Assembly: GCF_009914755.1 (NCBI RefSeq)
Contig: NC_060929.1
Source of the DNA: the human T2T-CHM13v2.0 reference genome, Homo sapiens
Strand: one strand, 5' to 3'
DNA: 64,000 nucleotides
Made by a program: the position numbers and the translations under genes. Of the stretch, positions 18,613 to 30,896 are shown piece by piece. The notes under the pieces were generated by a model. It made no database searches, was not told the origin of the DNA, and worked only from the letters and a program-made list of their open reading frames with translations. Position 1 is the stretch's first letter. The number at the start of each line of letters is the position of its first letter.

Positions 18613-19233
18613 TAGTCATGTGTCACTTAATGATGGGGATACATTCATTTTGAGAAATGCATTGTTAGCAATTTTGTTGGTGTGCAAATATCATACTTAC
18701 ACAAACTAGAGTATATTGTCATTGTGCATCCTCTCCAATCACTTGTAGCCCCTTACTGACCATATAAGCTGTGGATTTTGTGTGCTTAGAGGCCATCTTG
18801 AACAAAATAACACAAGATTCAATCAAGCACAAGAGAAAATAATGCAATCAGGAAGCTGATGCTCATGCATCACGATGTGAAGGTGCATATTGTTTTAAAG
18901 TAAACTTTTTTATGAGTAGAAGGAGTACTCTATAAAATAACAATAAAAATTATAGTATGGTATTGTAAATACATAAACTAGTAACATAGTCATTTACATT
19001 TTTTATCAAATATTATATACTGTATATATAATAATTGTACGTGCTATACTTTTATATGACTGGCAGCACAGTGGATTTATTAACAGCTGCATCACCACGA
19101 ACACATGAGTAATGTGTTGCACTATGACATTCTATCATTGGCCCATTATAGTCTTACAGATTGTATAAGGGTAAATCACCTTTGTATATGCAATCTGTCA
19201 TTAACTGAAACATCATTATGCAGCCAATGACTG
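18613..19233. mobile_element. Second Tigger3-derived element, opposite orientation to 17007-18471
   Basis: Begins agtcatgtgtcacttaatgatggggatacatt and ends gaaacatcattatgcagccaatgactg|ta. Confidence 0.75.
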
Positions 19234-19401
19234 TAAATACAAAATACTAGATATTTCTTTTCAAATAATTATTCTAAAATGCAACTTCTTTGTGTTATGT
19301 CTTGCATTTAGATAGAAACAAGTTTAGGTTTTCTATTTTTTTTTAATCTAGGATTTTCAAGTTGGAAAATAGCTGACTGAATTAGAGGTTGGGGTTGATT
19401 A

Positions 19402-20279
19402 AAATATGTTATCATGTCTTTTGCCCAGTTTTTAGTGAGGTTATTTGTTTCTTGCTTACAAATTTGTTTAAGTTTGTTATATATTCTGGATATTAGACTC
19501 TTGTCAGATGCATAGCTTGCAAATATTAAAATTTCAACACTATTGTCATTAGAGAAATGCAAATCAAAACCACAATGAGATACCATCTCATACCAGTAAG
19601 GATGGCAATTATAAAAAGGCCAAAAATAGTAGATGCTGACAAGGTTGTGAAGAAAAAGATATGCTTATACACTGCTGGTAGGAATGTAAATTAGTTCTGC
19701 CATTGTGGAAAGCAATGTGGCAATTTCCCAAAGAACTTCTAACAGAATTACCATTTAACCCAGTGATGTCATTATTGGGTATATATCCAAAGGAATATAA
19801 TTCAACCTGCCATAACAACACATGGACAGAGATGTGCATTGCAGCCCTATTCACAATAACAAAGATATGAAATCAACCTGAATGCCCATCAATAGTAGAC
19901 TGGATGAAGACAATGTGGTACATATACACCATAAAATACTACACAGCCATAAAAAGAATGAGATTATCTCCTTTGCAGCAACATGGATGGAGCTGGAGGC
20001 CATTATCCTAAGCTAACTAACACAGGAACAGAAAACCAAATACATGTTCTCACAAGTGGAAGCTAAATTATGAGAACACATGGACACAAAGAGGGGAGCA
20101 ACAGACATCAGGGCCTACTTGAAGGTGGAGGGGGAGAGGAGGGTGAGGATGGAAAAACTACCTATTGGTTACTATGCTTATTACCTGGGTGACAAAATAA
20201 TCTGTACAGCAAACTCTCATGACATACAATTTACCTATATTACAAACCTGCATATGTACCCCGAACTTAAAATAAAAGG
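19402..20279 (+). mobile_element. Older L1PA (L1PA15/16-like) 3' end with short inverted 5' segment (about 19402-19528)
   Basis: A minus-strand ORF2 piece abuts the plus-strand ORF2 end and 3' UTR ending gaacttaaaataaaag. Confidence 0.8.
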
Positions 20280-20313
<34 letters not shown>

Positions 20314-20390
20314 CAGAGAGAGAGAGTAGAGTTTGTTGCTTCAGAGTATATATATATATATATATGTGTATATATATATATATACACACA
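20280..20390. repeat. Compound (TA)n/(GA)n microsatellite
   Basis: Directly visible dinucleotide runs at the L1 tail position. Confidence 0.95.
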
Positions 20391-21792
20391 AAGAGAAACA
20401 TGTAATATATGTTGATTACATATATATATGTAATCAACAGGGAAGGACTATAATTAATGTTTATAGCTAGTAGAAACCTCCTATATCAAGAGTCAACAAT
20501 AGATTAATAAATTCATCACCAGCACTTTCAATAGCAGATATTCAGATCCTCAGAAAGTAGTCTCACATTAGAGTTTGAAAACCCATATTGTGCTATATAT
20601 GATACCCAAATAAAATATTATATTGTCTATATTATATATAGACAATGTTAAAAATATAAAGAGTGCTTTAAAAAATATTAAATTGAACACACCTTTACTT
20701 CTCTGTGTCTGCCAGACTGAAAGAACCAAATAAATATAAAAATGGGAGCAAACTCTTTATAGTGCTGAAAACGGAGAAATACGCCATTAATAAACCCCAA
20801 ATTGACATTTTCCTAGCTACATATTGCATTTCTGGACTACATTTAACACTAGATTAACTGCTAGATGTTACAAGCAGTAAAATTTCAATCTGATATAAAA
20901 AAAGAATCCAAAAAGAAAAAGAGTAAGAACCTGAGATTTTTATAGCAATCATTTTAAGAACTCAGAACAAGTGCAACTTGAAGAGCACAAATAAATTATC
21001 ATCAATTTTAAAATATGAGCATTTCCATATGCATTCATTTACAGTGTCCCTTTAGGCAAAATTAAGCACCAGGACTGAGTAGGCTTATGGAGAAAATATT
21101 GTTAAGGTTAAACCATTCAAAAATATTCAACTTTGTAACCAGAGCTCTAACAAAAACAATCAGAATCTTAACACACCTTAGCACAGTTAAACCTCCACTA
21201 GCATTTTTACCCACCACCATAGTCAGTCCTTTGTAGTATTAAATGCTGGGGCTCACCTTCCTCCTTTAAAATGTAGGTCCTTGAGGATATGAACTCCAAA
21301 AAGAGGCCAGTTTCATCAAAGTTAGAATTCCAATATTTAGAAGTATCTTTGCAGCTTCTTCACCTGCACTTACAGTATCCTTAGGTACATTAATACTCTC
21401 AAAAGTATAATGAACCTTGATGGCATTAACTCATTCAAAATTGACTCCAAAGGAAGGCACTTCTGTGGGATTTTTAGCATTTTTTAAGATTTAATTTATT
21501 GCTAAGATCTTCTCTATAATAGTGAAAAACTTCCCCTGATTACTTAAAGAGGTATTAAATTGGAATTAACCAATAGAACTTCTGAGTTATATTTACATTA
21601 CTTCCCTGTTTATCAATCCTCCATGAATTAGTTTGTGATACAGAAACACGTACTCTGTAATAGCAAAAATCTATATTTAAATTTAAAGTTTCAACAGTAC
21701 TTCCCAATCCATAATTTTTATTATACCTTCACTGATTTATTTTCTGAAAAAAAAGAAAGCAAGAGAAACATAAACAGGTAATATGTATCTAT

Positions 21793-21831
21793 ACACACAC
21801 ACACACACACACAAACACCCCACAAACACAC
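21793..21831. repeat. (CA)n microsatellite
   Basis: acacacacacacacacacaca followed by degenerate CA units. Confidence 0.9.
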
Positions 21832-21849
21832 TGTACAAGCATGTTCAAA

Positions 21850-22193
21850 GTGGCTTTGAATGTTATTATTTTACTTTATTTCCTAGTTGTATAATTTTTA
21901 ATATTTCTAGACAGCAGAATATTAAGAAGAAATGTAAATAATCTAAAATTATTAAACTTTAATTCTCCCAGTAAATCCTAAAAATTCTACATACATTAAA
22001 AACATTATCAGAAATGTTTCACAATAGGACACTTTATTATGAAAATGCAGATCACCATAAATATATTTTTGCTACTTATGTAAACATAATGTGTGATTTT
22101 CCTCTTCTGAAAGTTGGGCACAGAAACAAATCTTGGAGAATCTGTAAAAGAGAAACTCGTTTTCACACTCTGATCCTCAAATGATCTGCAATC
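21850..22193 (-). other. SLCO6A1: Probable non-coding terminal exon (3' UTR) of SLCO6A1; 3' end approximate
   Basis: Acceptor ctcttctctgtttgaaccagcag|GATTGC at 22194-22216, a donor 15 nt after the stop codon in the previous exon, non-repetitive sequence and poly(A) signals. Confidence 0.6.
21875..21880 (-). terminator. Probable SLCO6A1 polyadenylation signal AATAAA (a second candidate lies at 22033-22038)
   Basis: tttatt on the + strand, with a GU-rich (TG)n tract about 45-80 nt downstream on the minus strand. Confidence 0.6.
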
Positions 22194-23421
22194 CTGCTGG
22201 TTCAAACAGAGAAGAGTCAAGCAATCAAGTAGAGTTTTACATGAAGACTAGTTTATAGGTTTTTAAAATGCATGTTGAAATAAAATATACAACAGGAAAT
22301 AAAAATGTGTAGTAAGATATGAATATTCCCTGCTTCACATTTTCTTCTGCTAGCCACGACCATGAATAGGGCAATGTCTACCCATCCACATAGGGTCATT
22401 GACTAATGTTAATAACAGAGGAGAAATTTTGTCAGCTATTATCACTTCTCCCAAGAAAACAAAGAAACATTGTAGAGAACCTTGTTCCACAACAATCTGA
22501 TTTTTATACAATATTTGGAAAATCTAATTTCGATTGATGTACAATAATGTATAAAAAATTATAACAAAATCTCTATACAAATGCATTTTAGCTTAAAAAA
22601 TCTATAAATAGTTGACACATTTTCTACATTTAAATATTTCTTCACATTAAATAATTACGATTAATTATAAAATGAAGTGTAAAAGCAAGCAGAAAAGTGG
22701 GTTTCAACTCAGATTATCAGCTAGTCTTTATCAATAAAATCCAAGTGAAGGTAAAAAAAAAAAGGAAAAAGGTAACAAAAAACAGGTAGAAGTATATGAG
22801 TATATTGAATTTTATGTTTACTAAGATTAACGAAACATCAAAATATTTATTATAAACTGGTCAATTAACCAAAGAAATTTTCTGAGGAAACCTCTGTATG
22901 TCAAATCATAGATAAATAAAATGTTAATTTTTAAAAGGTTTAAAATAGTCCTTTTTGGAAAATAAATATAACTTTAATTTCAACTTTAATTATATGAACT
23001 TAAGTGGCAAATATACTTTTATTTAGAAAAATGGAGAAATAAATATCTACTGCCCAAATCAAAAGTACTAAGAATAAGCTAAAAAGGGAACCTAATTAAT
23101 TCCAAATAGCAAAGGCCAACAACTAATGGGCTATCACGTCAGTTAAAATTAACCTAGGTGTATTTTCCTATTTTCACTCAATCTCTTTCAATCAAAGTAT
23201 TATCTTTCATTGAAAGTATTAAATGTGTATTTTATATTTTTAAAAATTTTAAACACAGACTATATTATTATATTTGCACTCAAAATATAATAAAATATAT
23301 AGAATTATATGAAGCACATTTGTTAAACATGTAATTACATTATTATTACTTTAAATTTTATTAATATTAATATTTCATTGATAGATTGACAATGTGTAAT
23401 TCTTACACAATGATGATCCAG

Positions 23422-23564
23422 TTACAAGTCAGTTTCTTCTTTTTTCTTAACTTTTGGATTCTTCACAGTTACATCTGGGAAGTCAGTGTTCTCATTTAGA
23501 CGACGTTTGTATATGAAAAATGCAATAGTAGTGAAGATGATAGTGCATAGTTTGCAAAGAAAAC
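23422..23564 (-). CDS. SLCO6A1: SLCO6A1 last coding exon (last TM helix and C-terminal tail); exon probably extends to 23407
   Basis: Acceptor tttttaaatttag|GT completes TGT; translates (C)FLCKLCTIIFTTIAFFIYKRRLNENTDFPDVTVKNPKVKKKEETDL*, TAA at 23422-23424; phase matches the preceding exon. Confidence 0.93.
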
Positions 23565-24107
23565 CTAAATTTAAAAAATGCAATGATCAGATATGTCCAT
23601 GTATTTAGAACAAAAATGTAGGCAAAAATGCTATTTACCAAAGAAAGGTAAGCATATTTCACCTATAAAGGTATAAATTTCCCAATTTTAGAATGCAATT
23701 AATGCCATAAAATTATATTAAGTTACTTAAAGGAGATTTTTAAATGTTTATAATATGTTTTAGATTTCTTAGACATATTACCCCCTTCCCAAGTGCAAGG
23801 TGTGCTATTACCTCATAGACTGTGTTAATTCTGAAACATGAAATATAAATTCTGACTTTCAAAACTTAGCTATCAATAGGAACCAGAGCTAAGTCATTTC
23901 ATGCAGCTTTGCTCTTTTTGAAATATTCATCATTTTTCAAATAAAACAAATATTACAGAAAAGTTCATTAATTTTGCAGGTTTTTTCATTTTCATGTTTC
24001 AAGCTGCAGAAAGTTAATACATTACAACATTACAAGCATTATACAAATGTACTTGAATATTGGATGCAATATTTAATTAATTCTTTTTCAATTTTTTTAA
24101 ATTAATT

Positions 24108-24622
24108 CTTTTTTTTTTTTCTTTTGAGACAGGGTCTCACTCTGTCACCCAGGCTGGAGTGCAGTGGCACGATCTTGGCTTACTGCAGCCTTGACCTTCC
24201 CGGCTCAAGCGATCCTCCCACTTCAGCATGTGCCACCACACCTGTCTAATTTTTATAGTTTTTGTAGAGACGGGGTTTTGCCATGTTGCTCTCTCAAACT
24301 TGTGAGCTCAGGCGATCTCCTTGCCTTCAAATCCCAAAGTACTGGGATTACAGACAGGAGCCACCACCATGCTTGGCCTATTTTTCTTTTTCTTGAAACA
24401 GGACCTCCCTTTATTGCTCAGGCAGGGGTACCCCTAACATAGCTTACTGCAACCTGAACTGCTGGGCTCAAGTGATTCTCTGGCCTCAGCCTCCTGAGTA
24501 GCTGGGACTACAGGTGGTGACACCACACCTGGCTAATTTTTTAGAAATGGGATCTTGCTAGTTTGCCCAGGCTGGTCTTGAACTCCTGGCCTCAAGTGAT
24601 CATCTCGCCTTGGCCTCTCTAA
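24108..24622 (-). mobile_element. Two adjacent degenerate AluJ-like elements
   Basis: Poly(T) followed by gagacagggtctcactctgtcacccaggctgg (to about 24378) and a second Alu at about 24380-24622. Confidence 0.85.
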
Positions 24623-25369
24623 GTGTAAAATATTTTACAGTCACAATATCAATTATCTGACATAATGGTTTCAAGATAAAAAGGAAACATTAATGATTCT
24701 ATGCCATTTATAATGATACAATAACATTTTATACATTTTACAGGGAAAAATACCATTTTTAAATGGTAGTTATATCTGACATAGTTGTAACATTAAACAA
24801 TTGTAACATAGTAAATAACACAGTAAATAATTATAGTAAATTATTCTCTTTAGGGTATAGCTTGTGAAGAAAAATTGAGCAATTTTGAACAACAAGCCAG
24901 TAATGCTTCCAAGAAAAAGGGAATTATTGCAGCAGGCAAATTATCTGAAAATGATAGGAAAAGCTAGATTAAAATCTTCTGTTTAAAGACTTGATAGAGC
25001 TGATGAAGAAATGAGAAAGAGATAGATTAATATCCAAGGCAGGGCAGAACTTAAGTGGAGGTGATCCGACTTTTGCAACAGCTTTTTCTCTGTGGTTATT
25101 TTCTATATTGGATGGGGGCAAGGGGCTAAAATACAAACCTTTACTCTGGCAAAAGATGCTGCTGAAGAACAAAGATTCATTTGGTCTAACAGGGCTGAAG
25201 TGACAAAGTTGAAGACAGCAAAGCTTTCAAACAAATAGCAAGACATATGCTGGATATCAAAAGCCAAGAGGGTCAGGACACTCAAAGATATGTAGCCTAG
25301 TTGTGAAGCACAGGCAGGTCTACACAATTTTGCCATTCTAAAGCACTACTATAAGACAAAGTTCTAGTC

Positions 25370-27690
25370 ACTTACCCCTCGAAAATTTGAAGCCAGTAGG
25401 GAACCAACTCAAACTAAAGCTGCAAACTAGCCACCAGTTGAGTCAGAAATTTAATTAACTTACCCTCCACTTAGGTAGAATAACAGAAGAAGGAAAATGT
25501 CTGTTTCTGAAGGCACATATTTATTTCAGTCTGTATTATTCTATTACACAAAAGGTCTGGAATGCAATCATATGTTGCAAGACATATGAAAAAGCCAGGA
25601 AATACTATTTCCCATTAAAAGTGAAAGCAGTCAATAAAAACTCAGAGAGTTTCTAGCAGTTGGAATCAACAGGTGGAAACTTTAAAATAATAATAGTTAT
25701 GGTGAAACATATTTATGTTTATTTATCTACCAGAAAAGGCCGACAGGGTGCATGAAGAAATGAGAAATTTTCAGTATAGAAATACAAACTACAAAATGAA
25801 CTTCGTAAAATAACTAGAAATTAAAAAAGCAAAGATAACAGAGCGTCCAAGATACATGAAATAGTATCAAGTGATCACACATATATTAAATAGAGCCCCA
25901 GAAGGAGAGAGTAGGAAAAATGAGATAAAATAAATATTTTGAATGGTGATGTCCAAATACTTTCCAAAAATGTAGAAGACATCAACCCATGGATCCAAGG
26001 AGCTCAGCATACACAAAAGAGGGAAAAAAAGCAATGATACACAGAAAACCATACTTAGGCACATTGTAGTCAATTTAACAAGAGTCAGACAAAATCAAAG
26101 AGAAAATCTTGAATAAAATCCAAATAAAAAGACATATTACATGTTGGAAAGCAACATCACTAATGACAGCTAACTTCTCGCCAGAAACAATGGAGACCAG
26201 AAAGTGATGTAATGCCTTTAAAATTCCGAGAGTTACAGGATTCTATATTAAGCAAAAATATCTTTCAAAAATAAACATAGCCAAAATACAGTCTCATTAA
26301 ACAAAAATGTAAAATAATTCATCTCCTGTATAAAAGAAATGCTAAAAAAGATGTTCTTCAGGTGCCTATACTAGAGAGAATATTGCAGATCTGCAGAAAG
26401 GGCACATATTTAGATGAACCTAAAAGAATATATGTACACGTACACATACACATACATCATATTAATATTAAAGACAAGATAGATTTTAAGAAAAAGATCA
26501 CCAATGGAGGGGGAGAAATGGGCATTAAGTAATAATAAAAATAACAATTCATCAAAAAGACATAAAAATCCTATGTGTGTGTGCCAAACAATAGGGCTTC
26601 AAAATATCTAAAGAAAAAAATGGAAAAATTAAAAATAGAAATGGATGTATTAACCAACCTACAAATTTTAGCATCCCTCAAGTCAATAATAGAACACAAA
26701 TACAATGATACAATCTGAACATGATCTGAATAATACAAAATGAGCTAATTGATATTATCAAAAGACAATACCAAATAACTGCAAAATATGCATTTCTAGG
26801 TGTACATGAATAATTCATGAGATAGAGCATCTGATAGGTCATAAGAGACGTTTCAATGAATTTCAACTTCTGTGACCCACCAATTCCACTTTTGGGGATT
26901 TACCCAATAAAACAAAAACATATGACTATGAAAACATTTGTACAAAAATGTGAGCTGGGCACAGTGGCTAGCACCTGTAATTCCAAAACCTTGGGAGGCG
27001 AGGCAGGAGGATCACTTGAGGCCAGGAGTTCAAGATCAGCCTGGGCAACACAGTGAGACTTCCTCTGTATTAAAAGTAAATAAATTAGCCGGGCATGGTG
27101 GCATGGACCTGTAATTCTAGCTGCTCTGGAGACTGAGGCAGGAGGATTACTTGAGGACATGAGTTCGAGGTTACAATGACCCATGATCTCTCCACTTCAC
27201 TCCAGCCTGGGTGACAGAGCAAGACATTGTCTCAAAAATATATATACACAGAAGCCTCATTTATAATAACCAAACACTGTAAACACTCCAAGTATTGTTA
27301 ATTAATAAGAGAAAGGATAAACTGTAGCATATTCACAAATTGAAATAGTACTTAGTACTCAGCAATTTCTATAAAGCACAAGCTAATGCTGTAGAAAGAA
27401 CATTAATGAATCTTCCAAGAGCATAAAATTAAGCAAGATACACACGTAGAAGAGTACAGTCTTCTACTTATATAAATTTCTAGACCAAATAAAACTAAAA
27501 TATTTTTTAAAAATCTGAAAGGAGTCTATCTGAAAAGGAGGGAAAATGACTGGAAAAGGTTATGGGAAAAATTTCCATATTTGGTTTTGGGTGTTTCCAC
27601 AAGGGTACTCAATTATCAAAAGCCATCAAGTTGAACTTCTAAAATCTATGTTAATTTTATTAATTACACCTCAGTTTTTTTTAATAAAAA
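25370..27690 (+). mobile_element. Highly degenerate L1M fragments (ORF1, endonuclease and 3' end), interrupted by an Alu
   Basis: A-rich L1-like motifs such as acagctaacttctcgccagaaacaatggagaccag and caattccacttttggggatttaccc; boundaries approximate. Confidence 0.65.
26952..27240 (+). mobile_element. AluJ-like element
   Basis: Dimeric Alu with ggaggatcacttgaggccaggagttcaag. Confidence 0.9.
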
Positions 27691-27700
27691 GAGTATTGTT

Positions 27701-27762
27701 TGATATATATATATATCTATAGATATAGACATAGACATATATATAGATATAGATAGATATAG
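27701..27762. repeat. (TA)n/(GATA)-type microsatellite at an Alu tail
   Basis: Directly visible. Confidence 0.85.
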
Positions 27763-28503
27763 AAACAATCTCACTCTGTCACCCAGGCTGGAGTGCAGGG
27801 GCACAATCTCATCTCACCGCAATCTCCACCTCCCAGGCTCAAGTGAGTCTCTTACCTCAGCTTCCCGAGTATCTGGGACTATAGGTGTGAGCCACCACAT
27901 CCAGCTAATTTTTGCATATTTTTTGTACAGACAGGGTTTTGCCATATTGCCCAGGCTGGTCTTAAACTCTTTTTTTTTTTTTTAATAAAGAACAAAATAG
28001 TTTGGCAATTTATTAACTGGTAAACTCTAGCATATAAATTTAATGTATAAGTAATTTTCTGCTTATTGAATATTTATATAATTTCAAATTTTAATATTTA
28101 TTTTCTTTTAATAAACAAGGTATTAATTTTTATTATACAATATATAAGTGTACCAAATGGAATTTTGTAGAAATTAGAATAATTATCTTGCCCTGGCTCA
28201 TAGTGATTTGCAAAGTAATTTTCTTTTTTTTTAAATTATACTTTAAGTTTTAGGGTACATAAGAAAATGTGGCACATATACACCATGGAATACTATGCAG
28301 CCATAAAAAATGATTAGTTCATGTCCTTTGTAGGGACATGGATGAAGCTGGAAACCATCATTCTCAGCAATCTATCACAAGGACAAAAAACCAAACACTG
28401 CATGTTCTCACTCATAGGTCTTAAACTCTTGAGCTCAAGCTATCTGCCCAACTCAGGCTTCCCAAAGTGCTGGGATTACAGTCATAAGCCACCATGCCTG
28501 GCC
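27761..28503 (-). mobile_element. AluJ-like element split by an L1-mediated insertion (Alu pieces 27761-27971 and 28417-28503)
   Basis: ...gcccaggctggtcttaaactctt | ggtcttaaactcttgagctcaagc...ccatgcctggcc; removing one TSD copy and the insert restores a contiguous Alu. Confidence 0.9.
27972..28416 (-). mobile_element. Short L1 (L1PA4-like) insertion with 5' inversion and about 240-bp 3' transduction
   Basis: Exact 14-bp TSD ggtcttaaactctt (27958-27971 / 28417-28430); two poly(A) tracts; L1 3' tip 28233-28260; inverted L1 28261-28416; non-L1 sequence 27984-28223 with AATAAA. Confidence 0.88.
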
Positions 28504-28599
28504 ATTTGATATATTTTTTACAAACCAAACAGTGTGACCATCACTTGAATCATGAATGAAATATTGTTAGCACCCTGGCAACCCTACTTATGATTCCTC

Positions 28600-30170
28600 A
28601 GGGTCACTAACTGATAAAAGTTAGTTTTGTTTGCTCTTGAATATATTTATATAGCAAACCAAAATTATGTAAGTGGAATTATATAGGGCCTACATACTCA
28701 TTTGTGTCTGGTTTCTTTCATTCAACATAATGTTTGTGTGATTCATCCATATTTTATGTAGTTGTGTTCTTTTCATTTTCATTGTTGTACAAAATGCCAT
28801 TGTTGAATTTACCACAATATATTATCCATTCTATTGTTGTTTTTGTTTGTTTGTTTGTGGTTTTTTTTGAGACAGAGTTTCACGCTTGTCACCCAGGCGG
28901 GAGTGCAGTGGCATGACCTTGGCTCACTGCAACCTCTGCCTCCTGGGTTCAAGAGATTCTCCTGCCTCAACCTCCATTTAGCTGGGGTTACAGGTGCCCG
29001 CCACTACGCCTAGCTAATTTTTGTGTTTTTAGTAGAGATGGGGTTTCACCATGTTAGCCAGGATGGTCTCGAACACATGACCTCAGGCAATCTGCCCACC
29101 TCGGCCTCCCAAAGTGCTGAGATTACAGGCATGAGCAACTGCACCCAGTCCTTCAATTGTTTTTGGGTATTTGATATCTACTTTTGTGAAGAATTTTTTC
29201 AAGTCTTTTATCCACTTTTTTGTAAGGTTATCCTTTATTTATTGATTTGTGGGAGTGCTTTATTTATTCTGATAATTAGTTCTTTTTCACTTTGGTTCAC
29301 TGTATTCCACATTGTTATCTTTTATCTTAATTTTTTTGGTAATAATTTGTTAATTTTACTACAGTCTGATTTATTTTCTAGGTAGTGCTTCATGTGTCCT
29401 GTTTATGTTCTTCCTACTCCAAGGTCATGAAAATATTCTCCCATTTTTCTCAAAAGGCTTTATGGTTTTATCTTTCATATTTAGATATGTAATGCGTCTG
29501 GAACTGATGTTTGTATAAGATGTGAGATAGGGATCAAAACACATTTTATTAGACATGCATAAAATGGCCAATAACCTTTTTGTTTGTTTAACCATTGCAG
29601 GGTCCCCTTCATCGTAAATTAGTTGAGTGTGCATATGAAGGTTTGTTTCTGATTTTTCTATTCTGTTCCATTAATCAATGTGTTGATGCTTGCACCAATA
29701 CCACATTGTATTAATTATTATAGCTCTATAATAGGTTTTTATATGTTAGCATATATTCCTCAATTTTGTTTCAACTTCAATATTCTCATAGTAATTCTTA
29801 CCCTTTAGCTTTCCATATGAATTTTAGTTATTTTGTCAATTTCAAAAAAAAAAAAAAAAAATTTCTCTTGGGATTAATTTGTGATCACATGCTGTAGATT
29901 AATTTAGGATAAATGGCATTTATTAATGTTCTTATCTGTGAACTTTTTCCCATTTATTTAGATTTTATTTAATTTTTCTCAAATTGATTTTGTAGTTGTC
30001 AGTGTAGACGTTTTGTACAACTTAAATTTTTTATTGCTATTTGATTTTTTGGTGTTATTGTATTTATCATATTGTATTTTAATTTGGTTGCATCTGGTAT
30101 TTGGAAACAAAATTGATTTGGTACAATGATTATATATTTAGCAACTTTGCTGAATTCATTTATTAATTCT
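28600..30170 (-). mobile_element. Degenerate L1M fragments, interrupted by an Alu
   Basis: T-rich L1 minus-strand motifs (tctattctgttccatt, tagctttccatatgaattttag); boundaries approximate. Confidence 0.65.
28860..29151 (-). mobile_element. AluS-like element
   Basis: Full dimeric Alu, with a T-rich tail upstream on the + strand. Confidence 0.92.
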
Positions 30171-30716
30171 AATACATTGTGTTCCCTGATATGGGTGCTA
30201 ATTACAGGTGTGTTCAATTTATAAAAAAAGTGTTGAGCCATATATTTATATGTGCTCTTTCTTATATATGTATATATTATATTTCAATAAAAATTCTACC
30301 AAAGAAACCATGTGAAGTGGTAAAAATGGCAAACTAAGAAACAAAATGTTTGCAAAAGGCTTATCTACTCTACTGCAAATGAACTAGAGCTGATGGAATC
30401 CTTCATTTGAGGTAAAAGCATTAGATGAGTCATCCTAATTAAAACTTAAGATTTGAAAAAGAAAGATCAGATAGACTTCCTTGCCAACAAAAAGAACTAA
30501 TGCAACTAATTTTTATTAATATTTTGAGAATCTGATGAATGTCACAGCCTTTTCCCCAGGAGGAAAAAATTGAACATAAAAATATGTGTGCCAAATTTTC
30601 CATTTCAAATATACTGGAGTTCATTCTTAGCACTTAAGATTTCACAGATCACTGTTGAGTAACCCATGCTCTAGAGTAGTGCTAGGCATAAAACCTTTAG
30701 CAATGAAGGCAGTCTT

Positions 30717-30896
30717 CTACATCTGCACTATTCAATAAAGTAGCCACTAGCCAAATGTGATCATTAAAGATGTAAAATTTGCCTACTGTGACTAAGGAAC
30801 TAAATTTGTAATTGAATTGAATTTCAGTTAATGTAAATGTAAATTTAAATAGCCACATGTGGCAAATGTCCTTCATATTGGACAGTACAACTCTAG
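30717..30896. mobile_element. MER3-like hAT-Charlie fossil
   Basis: gtagccactagcc...gtgactaaggaactaaattt...aaatagccacatgtggc...atattggacagtacaactctag. Confidence 0.7.
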
